This document shows positions 56,385 to 64,000 of a stretch of DNA of 64,000 nucleotides, in pieces. This DNA is from a virus: positions 19,210 through 83,209 of IMG/VR virus record IMGVR_UViG_3300046648_000213; one strand, 5' to 3'. The translations under genes were made by a program, and so were the position numbers. How positions within the stretch are numbered: position 1 is the stretch's first letter; each line of letters opens with the position of its first letter. The notes under the pieces are model-generated. The model made no database searches. It saw only the letters and a list, made by a program, of their open reading frames with translations, and was not told the origin of the DNA.

Positions 56385-56879
56385 ATGTCAATCATGACGT
56401 TCATCACCGACAACATCAAAAAGAGCATCGCGTCACGGGGTAAGGACGCAGAGGCCGACGTAAAGGCAGTCTTCAGTGCGATCTCAGCCAAGGTCGCGGA
56501 GTTCGACTTCGAGCGCATCGCCGACGCGCGCGCGGCAGGCGGGCGCATGAAGGCCACGACTGCGGACTTCCAGTACTTCCGCCCCGGCGCGCATGGCGTG
56601 TGCGAGGTGAAGGAAGTCAAGCATGACTACCGGCTTCCGCTAACTGAAGAGCGCCGCAAACAGATCAATCGCATTCGCCGCCGTGCGCTCGCCGGCGGCG
56701 AAGTCATTTTTCTGGTCAAGCACACGACGTCGGGCCTCTGGCGCCGCGTGCCACTTGATGTGTTGGTGACGGAAAAGCAGAAGCCGTCCATTGATCTGAG
56801 CGACCTTCCGACGCACAAGACCTGCAAGGAAGCGCTCTCGGAGGTGCCGGGCATGAAGCTGCTCGCCACCTTCGCTTAA
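56385..56879 (+). CDS. Holliday junction resolvase-like PD-(D/E)xK nuclease
   Basis: RGKDAE, ADF, CEVKE motifs. Confidence 0.7.
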   Translation: MSIMTFITDNIKKSIASRGKDAEADVKAVFSAISAKVAEFDFERIADARAAGGRMKATTADFQYFRPGAHGVCEVKEVKHDYRLPLTEERRKQINRIRRRALAGGEVIFLVKHTTSGLWRRVPLDVLVTEKQKPSIDLSDLPTHKTCKEALSEVPGMKLLATFA

Positions 56880-56893
56880 CTTAGGGAGTTCTC

Positions 56894-57979
56894 ATGACCC
56901 GTTTGATTCTGAACGACACGCACTTTGGAGTTCGACGCATGGCCGGCACGACGCCGGTCACCGCGCACACGCTGAAAAAGAACCTTGTCTCTCGCTGCAC
57001 CGATTTCCTCGCCGACCACACCGGCCTCGATCTCATCTTCAACGGCGACCTGTTCGATCAATACAACGTCGCGATGTCCGACGTGCTCGACGTCTATCGG
57101 ATGCTTGCCGATTGGCTTGTGGATTCGCCCGACCAGACCCTCGTGCTCGGCAAGGGTAACCACGATCACTCGAAGGACTCGTCGCAGGTGTCGAGCCTCG
57201 AGTTCCTCGCGACTGTCCTGATGGGCCAGTTCCCTGACCGCGTGCAGTACGTGACCGAGCCGAAGCTGATCTTCCCCGGCATGTGGATGATCCCGCACAT
57301 GGTCAACCAGGAGGCATTCGACGTGACGCTGCGCCAAGCCGCGCAACTGTCGAACCACACGATCCTCGTGCACGCGAACTACGACAACGGCTTCGCGGTC
57401 GAGTCGGACCACTCGCTGAACGTGTCGGCCGAGCAGGCCGAAGCGATCCGCGCGAACGGCAACAAGCTGATCTTCGGCCACGAGCACCAGCAGCGCTGGC
57501 TGAAGAAACAGGGCATTTTCATCACCGGCAACCAGTGGCCGTCGAGCGTGGCCGACTGCCAGAACAACCCGAAGGGCGTGAAGTACGCGCTGATCGTCGA
57601 CGAAGCTGAGAGCGAGCCGATCCGCGTGCAGACGTGGGAAGAGCTCGGCAGCTACGTCGACGTCGACTGGCGCGAGCTCGGCATCACGGACCTGACCGGC
57701 GTCGACTTCATCCGTGTGTCCGGCGAAACGCATCCGGAAGAGGCAGGCGAGGCGCTCAACGCTATCGCCAAGCTGCGCCGCGATCATCCGGCGTTCGTCA
57801 TCACGAACGCGACGAAGGTCGCCGGCCAGCAGGCAATGGAAGACGCCGTGCTCAGCGTCGATGCGATCCGCGAGTTCAATGTCCTCGAGTACCTGTTCGA
57901 ACAGCTGAGCGTGGAGCAGGTGCAGGTCGTGAAGGCGCTGCTCGAAAAGTCGCAGGTCCGTGACGAGGTGCCGGCCTGA
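56894..57979 (+). CDS. Mre11/SbcD-like metallophosphoesterase nuclease
   Basis: DTH, GDLFD, GNHD, GHEH. Confidence 0.9.
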   Translation: MTRLILNDTHFGVRRMAGTTPVTAHTLKKNLVSRCTDFLADHTGLDLIFNGDLFDQYNVAMSDVLDVYRMLADWLVDSPDQTLVLGKGNHDHSKDSSQVSSLEFLATVLMGQFPDRVQYVTEPKLIFPGMWMIPHMVNQEAFDVTLRQAAQLSNHTILVHANYDNGFAVESDHSLNVSAEQAEAIRANGNKLIFGHEHQQRWLKKQGIFITGNQWPSSVADCQNNPKGVKYALIVDEAESEPIRVQTWEELGSYVDVDWRELGITDLTGVDFIRVSGETHPEEAGEALNAIAKLRRDHPAFVITNATKVAGQQAMEDAVLSVDAIREFNVLEYLFEQLSVEQVQVVKALLEKSQVRDEVPA

Positions 57980-58332
57980 TGCCGATGCCAGAAACATTCG
58001 ATCCGATCCCGGAGAACGCCGCCGACTTCCGAACGGCGTTCATCACGCGGCACGGGTATGAGCCGAACCTGCAGGACAGCTTCGAGGCCGGAATGCTTGT
58101 CGGCATCCTCCGGTCCGAATGGACCTTCGAGACAAGAATCAGCGGCGAGCGCGGGCTGCGCCAGATATGGGAAGAGCGGGCTCACGAATGGTGCGACAAG
58201 TACTTCGCGCTGCTGCGAAAAATGACAGAGGAACGAAATGCTAAAAGAACTGAACACGACGAACTTCCGCAAGCTGACGAACAACACGATCACGTACACG
58301 CCGGGGCTGAACGCGATCCGCGCGCCGAATGA
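57979..58332 (+). CDS. Hypothetical protein
   Basis: TGATG overlap; fills the gap between nuclease subunits. Confidence 0.55.
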   Translation: MPMPETFDPIPENAADFRTAFITRHGYEPNLQDSFEAGMLVGILRSEWTFETRISGERGLRQIWEERAHEWCDKYFALLRKMTEERNAKRTEHDELPQADEQHDHVHAGAERDPRAE

Positions 58333-60379
58333 AGGCGGCAAGACGACGAGCCTCGAGGCGTGGGCGTACCTCTTCTTCGGCGTGAAGGCATGCCGCAACT
58401 CGCTCGAGGAGGTCGTCACGTGGGGCCAGAAGGTCGGCACGCTGAAGGTCGAAGGGCGCTTTGAAGTCGCGGGCGTCGAGTACTACGCGAAGCGTTCGAA
58501 GTCGGGCGCTGAGATCAACTACGTGGACGCCGCTGGCGCCGAGCAGAACGTCACCGGCCAGAGCGAGTGCACGGCGTTCATCGAGCGCCTTATCGGCGTC
58601 ACGAGCAAGAATGTCTCGCGCCTGCTGTTCGCAAGCCAGAACGAAATCCGCGGCGCGCTCGAGGAGGGCGCACCGGCGACGATGGCGCTGATCGAAAAGC
58701 TGGCTGACTTCGAGCAGATCGACAACGTGCTCACGCTGATCCAGTCGAACCTCGTCACCGGCAACACGGCGACCGCCGAGTCGAACGTGGCGCGCGCGAC
58801 CGAGCAGATCGAGGCGCTCGGCCCGGTCGTCGCGCCGGATTTGAAGGCGGACCTTGCCCACCTCCAGACGTTGACCGACGCGGCGACCGCCGCTGGCGAC
58901 GCGATCGCAAAGCACGAGGAAGCGCTCGAGATCGCGCGCGCCGGATTCACGATGGTGAAGACGGCGGCCGACACTGCGACGCGCCTGAGCCAGCAGCAGA
59001 ACAAGCTGATGAAGAAGATCGAGGACGATCGCGAAGCGGCAGCTGCCGCGCGCGCCGTCGCTGGCACCGCGCCGCTGCAGGAAGAGATCGACGGCGTGCG
59101 CGAGCAGATCGCGTTCGCGGCCGATGTCGAGCGCAAGCTGAAGGTGTGGAATCGCTTCGTCGCGCTCTCCGAGAGCTACCCGGAAGCGTATTGGGACGAG
59201 GGGCGCGAGGCGCTCGCTGCGGAGATCACGAAGACCCGCAACGAGATCACCGCGCTCGACGGACAGAGCAACGAGGCGCATTCGAACATCCGAGTCGCGC
59301 AGGCGACGCTCATCAAGGAAACGGCGTGCGGGCTGTGCGGCAAGGACTTGTCGGCCGTGCCGGAAGTCGTCGAGAAGAACGCCAAGCAGGAAAAGATCAT
59401 CGCCGACGCGCGCGCCGTCATCGCAGCGAACGGAGCGAAGATCGCCGACCTGCGCCAAGACCTGAAGGACCTGCTCGATGTGCAGGAGGCGGGCACCGTC
59501 TACACGAACTTCGCCGACTCGAACGAGGAACTGGTCGCTGCCGACCACCAGTTCGTGCCGGCGAAGCTGTCGTGGAAGGCAGAGCAGATTCCGACCGTCG
59601 TCGACGCGGCCGAGCTCCGCGCGAAGCTGACGAAGCTGGAGACGGCGACGCGCATGGCGGCGGCGTCCGCCGGCCGCGTGCAGGAGCTCGAGCGCAGCAT
59701 CGCGGCGGCGACCGCCGAGCTCGATAGCGTCAGCGCCGCGATGCTCACCGCGAACGCGCAGGCTGCCGGACTTGAGGACGCGCAGCGCGCGCTGCAGACG
59801 GCGCTCGATGCGGTGAACGATGCGCGCGGCGCGCACCAGCGCGCGCAGCAGGCGTTCTTCGCGGCAAAGGGCGACATCGACGTCAAGCGCCTCTCGTACG
59901 AGACAGCGAAGGCCACGCGCGCCCGCCTGGACACCGACCTGAAGGAGGCCAAGGAGCAGCTTGCCCAACTCGCCTTCAACAACGCGCTGCTCAAGCGCGT
60001 GCGTCAGGCCCGCCCGATCATCGCCGACAAGTTGTGGGGCATCGTGTTGACCGCCGTGTCGCTCTACTTCTCGACGATGCGCGGCGCGCAGTCGAGCGTG
60101 ACGAAGGACGCGGACGGCTTCAAGGTCGACGGCCACGCGGTCGAGTCGCTCTCCGGCTCGACACTGGACATCCTCGGCCTCGCGATCCGGCTTGCGCTCA
60201 CCCGCACGTTCCTGCCCAACGCGCCGTTCATGATCCTCGACGAGCCGTCCAGCGGCTGCGATGACGATCGCACGGCGGCGATGACCGGCTTCCTCGTGAG
60301 CGCCGGCTTCCCGCAGATTCTGCTCGTGACGCACAAGAGCATGGACGAGGCGGCTGCTGCGAACCTCGTGCTGATCTGA
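58238..60379 (+). CDS. Rad50/SbcC-like ATPase
   Basis: PNEGGKTT, SQNE Q-loop, CGLC zinc hook in coiled coil, LSGS, ILDEP, VTH. Confidence 0.92.
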   Translation: MLKELNTTNFRKLTNNTITYTPGLNAIRAPNEGGKTTSLEAWAYLFFGVKACRNSLEEVVTWGQKVGTLKVEGRFEVAGVEYYAKRSKSGAEINYVDAAGAEQNVTGQSECTAFIERLIGVTSKNVSRLLFASQNEIRGALEEGAPATMALIEKLADFEQIDNVLTLIQSNLVTGNTATAESNVARATEQIEALGPVVAPDLKADLAHLQTLTDAATAAGDAIAKHEEALEIARAGFTMVKTAADTATRLSQQQNKLMKKIEDDREAAAAARAVAGTAPLQEEIDGVREQIAFAADVERKLKVWNRFVALSESYPEAYWDEGREALAAEITKTRNEITALDGQSNEAHSNIRVAQATLIKETACGLCGKDLSAVPEVVEKNAKQEKIIADARAVIAANGAKIADLRQDLKDLLDVQEAGTVYTNFADSNEELVAADHQFVPAKLSWKAEQIPTVVDAAELRAKLTKLETATRMAAASAGRVQELERSIAAATAELDSVSAAMLTANAQAAGLEDAQRALQTALDAVNDARGAHQRAQQAFFAAKGDIDVKRLSYETAKATRARLDTDLKEAKEQLAQLAFNNALLKRVRQARPIIADKLWGIVLTAVSLYFSTMRGAQSSVTKDADGFKVDGHAVESLSGSTLDILGLAIRLALTRTFLPNAPFMILDEPSSGCDDDRTAAMTGFLVSAGFPQILLVTHKSMDEAAAANLVLI

Positions 60380-60395
60380 TCTCGGGAGCGCCGCA

Positions 60396-60548
60396 ATGAC
60401 ACGCGACGAGATTGAGCAGGCAGTGAAGGAAGCGTATATGGAACTCAAGCGCATTCGCGCGAGCGGAAGCAGCCAGAAGGCGGTACTCATGGCCCGCTCT
60501 AAGCTGCGAGCCGCCTATGCAAAGCGTCGGCGTGCGCAGATGAACTGA
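60396..60548 (+). CDS. Small basic protein (50 aa)
   Basis: GGGAG RBS; MTRDEIEQAVKEAY. Confidence 0.55.
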   Translation: MTRDEIEQAVKEAYMELKRIRASGSSQKAVLMARSKLRAAYAKRRRAQMN

Positions 60549-60620
60549 GACGAGTTGGACCGGACTTGATCCGGTTCTGCTCACATCAACTGAACTGAAT
60601 CGGAGTGGACTGAAATGAAA
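60541..60620. repeat. 5-bp periodic YSR-NN tract (tract 2)
   Basis: tgaac tgaga cgagt tggac cggac ttgat ccggt tctgc tcaca tcaac tgaac tgaat cggag tggac tgaaa tgaaa. Confidence 0.75.
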
Positions 60621-60998
60621 CAGGCTCAACTCGACAAACTTCAACCGAACGTGGGCGACGAGGTGATGCTCGTCGAGCAAGCAGGCTCGAGCACGTTCTA
60701 CACGAAGGTCGTCGTCACGCGGGTGACGGCCACCGGCGTCTTCGATGCGAAGGGTTTCCGCTTCAACGAGGACGGCAGCGAGCGCTCGCCACACCCCGGC
60801 ACAGGCATCAAGAGGCACTGCGAGTGGGTGACGACGGCGAACGAGCAACTTGCCTTGCAGACGGCGATCTTCAAGGTGTCGCGCGAGCTCCCGTTCCTGA
60901 AGCTGCGCTCGGCGTCGAAGGAAGGGGTAAGGGAATTTTTGGACGAGGTGCAGAAGCGCACCGATAGACTGAAGGAGTTGGTAGATGCGACCCGATAA
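60615..60998 (+). CDS. Hypothetical protein
   Basis: GGAG RBS; VTRVTAT..RFNEDG.E. Confidence 0.7.
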   Translation: MKQAQLDKLQPNVGDEVMLVEQAGSSTFYTKVVVTRVTATGVFDAKGFRFNEDGSERSPHPGTGIKRHCEWVTTANEQLALQTAIFKVSRELPFLKLRSASKEGVREFLDEVQKRTDRLKELVDATR

Positions 60999-61545
60999 AG
61001 CGAAGCTGTTCATGGACAACGCGATGTCCATTGCGGCGCACAGCAAGGACAAGTCGACGAAGGTCGGCGCGCTGATCCTTGACGAGAAGCGGGGATTCGG
61101 CCCAGGCGGCTACAACGGCATCCCGCGTGGGCTGAACGACAACCTGCCGCACCGGCACGACCGCAGCGGCCCGAAGTACCGATACTTCGAGCACGCCGAG
61201 CGCAACGCGATCTTCGCCGCCGCGCGCGCCGGGTATCCCACGGACGGCTGCACGATGTTCGTGACGATGTTCCCGTGCTGCGATTGCGCCCGCGCGATCA
61301 TTCAGGCCGGCATTGTCCAACTGTACACGCGCAAAGCGGACCCGGCCGCGACGAACTGGACGGAGAGTTTCACCGCGTCGCGCGAGATGCTGATCGAGGC
61401 CGGCGTGAAAATCACGTACCTCGACGAGGCGGGCAACCTCTGGTTCGATCCGCCGTACAGCATCAAAGTGCGGCTGCCGCAGCGCTCGTGGAGCGACCCG
61501 GCCTTCACCGGCGTGGAGTTCCCGGCCGGCAACGAACTGATCTGA
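60985..61545 (+). CDS. dCMP deaminase
   Basis: SKD.STKVGA, GYNG, HAERNA, PCCDC. Confidence 0.93.
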   Translation: MRPDKAKLFMDNAMSIAAHSKDKSTKVGALILDEKRGFGPGGYNGIPRGLNDNLPHRHDRSGPKYRYFEHAERNAIFAAARAGYPTDGCTMFVTMFPCCDCARAIIQAGIVQLYTRKADPAATNWTESFTASREMLIEAGVKITYLDEAGNLWFDPPYSIKVRLPQRSWSDPAFTGVEFPAGNELI

Positions 61546-61572
61546 GTTCAATTTAATTGAACTGAATTTACA
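61538..61572. repeat. 5-bp periodic tract 3 with AGTTCAATT-T-AATTGAACT inverted repeat
   Basis: tgatc tgagt tcaat ttaat tgaac tgaat ttaca. Confidence 0.6.
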
Positions 61573-61578
61573 TAATAA

Positions 61579-61815
61579 TTGTTAACAAACAAAATGAGCA
61601 AAGTACAACACGCCAAGGATTCACAGGGGTTTCAGGAGAAACCCGTACACCCGCGGTGCGGGGACTGCCAGCACTTCAGCAGCGAGGTTGAGCGCTGGAC
61701 GCCTTCCTGGTCGAAGACTGAGTACGTTCGCGAGCACACGCTGCGCTGCACACTTGGCGGTTTCAAGGTCGGCAAGTCCTCAGTCTGCAGCAAATTCGCG
61801 CGCAAGGAGGCATGA
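61579..61815 (+). CDS. Small Cys-rich protein
   Basis: CGDC.HF...RC.LGGFKV....C. Confidence 0.7.
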   Translation: MLTNKMSKVQHAKDSQGFQEKPVHPRCGDCQHFSSEVERWTPSWSKTEYVREHTLRCTLGGFKVGKSSVCSKFARKEA

Positions 61816-62204
61816 CAATGGACACGATCACAAACGAGCAGCGTGAATTCGAAGCGCTTTTCCCGATGCCCAAACAATGCGAGCGGTGCGGAGACGGTTA
61901 CGTTGCCACCGGCTACAGCGCATGGGACGCCCATAACTACGTCCACATGTGGAATGGCTGGAAGGCCCGCGCGAAGACCAAGCGCCTTGCCGAGGCCCCT
62001 ATCACCAATCCGAACGACGTAACCGACGAATTCGAAGCCGAACTGCGTCAGCTGAAGGACGACGCTAAGGCGCTCGTTGCGCGCGCCGAGCGCGCCGGAC
62101 TGAACATCGAGATCGTCCGCGTGGCGTCCTGGCCGTGGGAAGTTGGCAGCCACAAGCCGGAGATCACGTTCTGGCCGCTGCGGAAGTTCACGCGGCCTCA
62201 GTGA
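61812..62204 (+). CDS. Hypothetical protein
   Basis: AAGGAGG RBS. Confidence 0.7.
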   Translation: MTMDTITNEQREFEALFPMPKQCERCGDGYVATGYSAWDAHNYVHMWNGWKARAKTKRLAEAPITNPNDVTDEFEAELRQLKDDAKALVARAERAGLNIEIVRVASWPWEVGSHKPEITFWPLRKFTRPQ

Positions 62205-62457
62205 GCGTCGGGCTGCTCATCAGCTTGGCTAACCCCGGAAAGTAGACGTCGCAGCGCTCGCTCCAGGCTGGCGACGTGCGCCTCGGGCAGTCTGCGAGCT
62301 CGCCGGCAAGGTCGGTCATTGCGAAGTCTGCACCGAGCCGCGCTACGAGCTTTGCCAGCTGATAGCGGCCCCGCCTCTCGCACCGCGTGCAGGCGAGATC
62401 GATGTGGCTGGCGCGTGTGGCGACTTCACCGAGTGGGACCGCCCCTTCCCGTTTCAT
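62188..62457 (-). CDS. Small Zn-finger-like protein
   Basis: CTRCERRGRY....L...CP....C. Confidence 0.6.
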   Translation of the reverse strand: MKREGAVPLGEVATRASHIDLACTRCERRGRYQLAKLVARLGADFAMTDLAGELADCPRRTSPAWSERCDVYFPGLAKLMSSPTLTEAA

Positions 62458-62466
62458 GGTCGCGCC

Positions 62467-62715
62467 TTAGTAGTTGCTGTCGAGCCAAGCCTTCGCCCAC
62501 GTGATCGCGCGGTCGTTGGCCGCCGTCTCCGTGTCGAAATAGCCGATATCGAAGAAGTGGAAAATCTCGCCCTCGTCTTCGTCTTCCCACGGGCCGCGCT
62601 CGACTTCAACCCAAGCGTGCCAGAGGAAATTTTTGCACTCGGGAAACGACCTGATCGTCCATTCGCGATGCTCTACTTTTGCTGACGGCTGCTTCAAGGT
62701 GCCCTCCGGAGTCAC
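62467..62715 (-). CDS. Small acidic hypothetical protein
   Basis: GTGA overlap with rep stop. Confidence 0.6.
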   Translation of the reverse strand: MTPEGTLKQPSAKVEHREWTIRSFPECKNFLWHAWVEVERGPWEDEDEGEIFHFFDIGYFDTETAANDRAITWAKAWLDSNY

Positions 62716-63548
62716 GCGGCCTCAATGACCTTGGCGTCGCGCTTCTTCTTTACGGTGACGAGGTAGGAAGGGCGCGGCCCGATGGTGTAGCTGTCCAGGA
62801 ATTCAGGCACGAGCTCATCGAGCGCGTCCTTCAGCTTGGCACGGAAAAGGCGGGGGTTCTTCTGCTTGCTCCCGCAGAGCCCGAGCAACGTCTCTGCCTT
62901 GTACGGCAGAGGAACCTTGTGGGTCGAGTAGAAAGCGTGCAGCCACTTGGCGAGGCCGGACAGCTTGAAGTGTCGTGCCCAATCGAGCAGCGTCATCTCG
63001 TCGCCGGTGAGAATGTTGGCAAGGCTAGGGTCGAGGACGATCGTGAACTCTCCTCTTACGTCGTCGTCGTGGTGGCCCTCCTCCAGCAACTTGCTGATGA
63101 GGTGGGAACCATACACCTTTCGGCGCTTCTGTCCGGTGATCTCGACGTACACGGTGCCCTCCAGCAGCCGGCGGTATGACGCTCGCAGTCGTTCGTAGGA
63201 GAGGCACGATCGGTCCCATCCAAGCCCGTTGATAGCGTTCAGCCCCGTGACCTTGACGACCTCTCCGAACGGCGACGTGCGCGCATGGTGGCACAGCTGC
63301 ATGAAGACGAGGTGGTCGTCCTGATCCAACTGCTTGCCGGTATAGCGAATCTCGACATCCTGCAGAGACTGGACGACCTCGTTCTCCAAGTTTCTGCGGG
63401 GCTTTCGCTTGTCGAGCACCGCGAACAGCGCGCTGTTCACGAGGCTCTTCGACATACCGCGAACCCTGTCATCCCACAGAGAAAGCTGCTTCGGGCGATT
63501 AGTGAACTCCGCTTCAAGCTGGCGCGCGCGATCGAGGGCGGTCTTCAT
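62712..63548 (-). CDS. Plasmid replication initiator, TrfA family
   Basis: NSALF, YTGKQLDQDD..VF, LAKWLHAFYSTH..P.P.....L..LCGS, LKDALDEL; adjacent iterons. Confidence 0.88.
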   Translation of the reverse strand: MKTALDRARQLEAEFTNRPKQLSLWDDRVRGMSKSLVNSALFAVLDKRKPRRNLENEVVQSLQDVEIRYTGKQLDQDDHLVFMQLCHHARTSPFGEVVKVTGLNAINGLGWDRSCLSYERLRASYRRLLEGTVYVEITGQKRRKVYGSHLISKLLEEGHHDDDVRGEFTIVLDPSLANILTGDEMTLLDWARHFKLSGLAKWLHAFYSTHKVPLPYKAETLLGLCGSKQKNPRLFRAKLKDALDELVPEFLDSYTIGPRPSYLVTVKKKRDAKVIEAA

Positions 63549-63593
63549 GATGTGGGCAAGGTGTCGAGTAACGTCAATCGTAGCAAAAAGGGA

Positions 63594-63740
63594 TTCGTGG
63601 ATTGAGGAACATTATTCGTGGATCGAGGAACACTTTTCGTGGATTGAGGAACGGTCCGTTCGTGGATTGAGGAACACTTTTCGTGGATCGAGGAACGCTT
63701 TTTCGTGGATCGAGGAACGCTTTTTCGTGGATCGAGGAAC
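63594..63740. repeat. Iteron array B (TTCGTGGATYGAGGAAC x7), probable oriV
   Basis: Copies at 63594, 63615, 63636, 63659, 63680, 63702, 63724; 21-23 bp period; IHF-like AATCAGCCGCTTA and AT-rich tract downstream. Confidence 0.92.
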
Positions 63741-63846
63741 ATCTGATGATTTGAATATCGCTGAAAATCAGCCGCTTAACGCTGAAATTCACAGGAAATA
63801 AGCAGTTTATAAGCATTCTCTTTATTAAAACCGTCCCCTGCCCCAC

Positions 63847-64000
63847 ATGAACCTCTACGGCTACGAAGTCCCGCCCGCTGTCGAAGCCGGCGCCCTCGCC
63901 CTCATGCGCGAACATCAGACGTTTCCAACCGCCCTGCTCTGCGGGTACTTCCGCGGGACCCTGCCCTCGCACGGCTACCGCGGCATCTACATGAACCGCA
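63847..64000 (+). CDS. Partial hypothetical protein
   Basis: Open frame MNLYGYEVPPAVEAG running to the window end. Confidence 0.45.
   Translation, partial: MNLYGYEVPPAVEAGALALMREHQTFPTALLCGYFRGTLPSHGYRGIYMNR

Noticed and set aside
61314-61327. Additional palindrome copy TGTCCAACTGTACA
   Set aside because: One mismatch, inside a CDS and far from the others; not counted
63594-63740. CRISPR array
   Set aside because: 17-bp repeats with 4-6 bp gaps next to a Rep gene: iterons
1-64000. tRNA, integrase, lysis cassette, reverse transcriptase/DGR, DNA-modification cluster
   Set aside because: No supporting motifs recognised in this window; they may lie outside it

Overview
The window is a large part of a GC-rich, TCGA-rich (Burkholderiales-like composition, inferred) tailed-phage genome that also carries a plasmid replicon, so it is probably a phage-plasmid. 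Positions 1-22.9 kb (minus strand) hold a lambda-like morphogenesis operon: GpA-type terminase, portal, S49 protease with a nested scaffold start, decoration and capsid proteins, head-tail connectors, tail tube, G/GT chaperones with a -1 slippery site, tape measure and M/L/K/I/J tail-tip genes. Positions 22.9-27 kb form a divergent control/terminus region with simple repeats, a strong promoter with a structured leader and an orphan iteron array. Positions 24.8-42 kb (plus strand) are dozens of small early genes, including Cro-like, antirepressor-like, ArdA-like and H-NS-like genes. Positions 42-62 kb hold a self-contained replication, recombination and nucleotide module: SNF2 helicase, primase-helicase, SSB-like protein, DEDD exonuclease, MazG-like protein, ThyX, dNMP kinase, TraR, Pol I, resolvase, Mre11/Rad50 and dCMP deaminase. 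A TrfA-like Rep with 7 iterons lies at the right end. The most unusual non-coding signals are (i) about 19 copies of the palindrome TGTCCA-NN-TGGACA confined to the early half, (ii) three intergenic tracts built on a 5-bp YSR-NN register that are also inverted repeats, and (iii) two different 7-copy iteron arrays. All family calls come from motif recognition by eye; no database searches were run.
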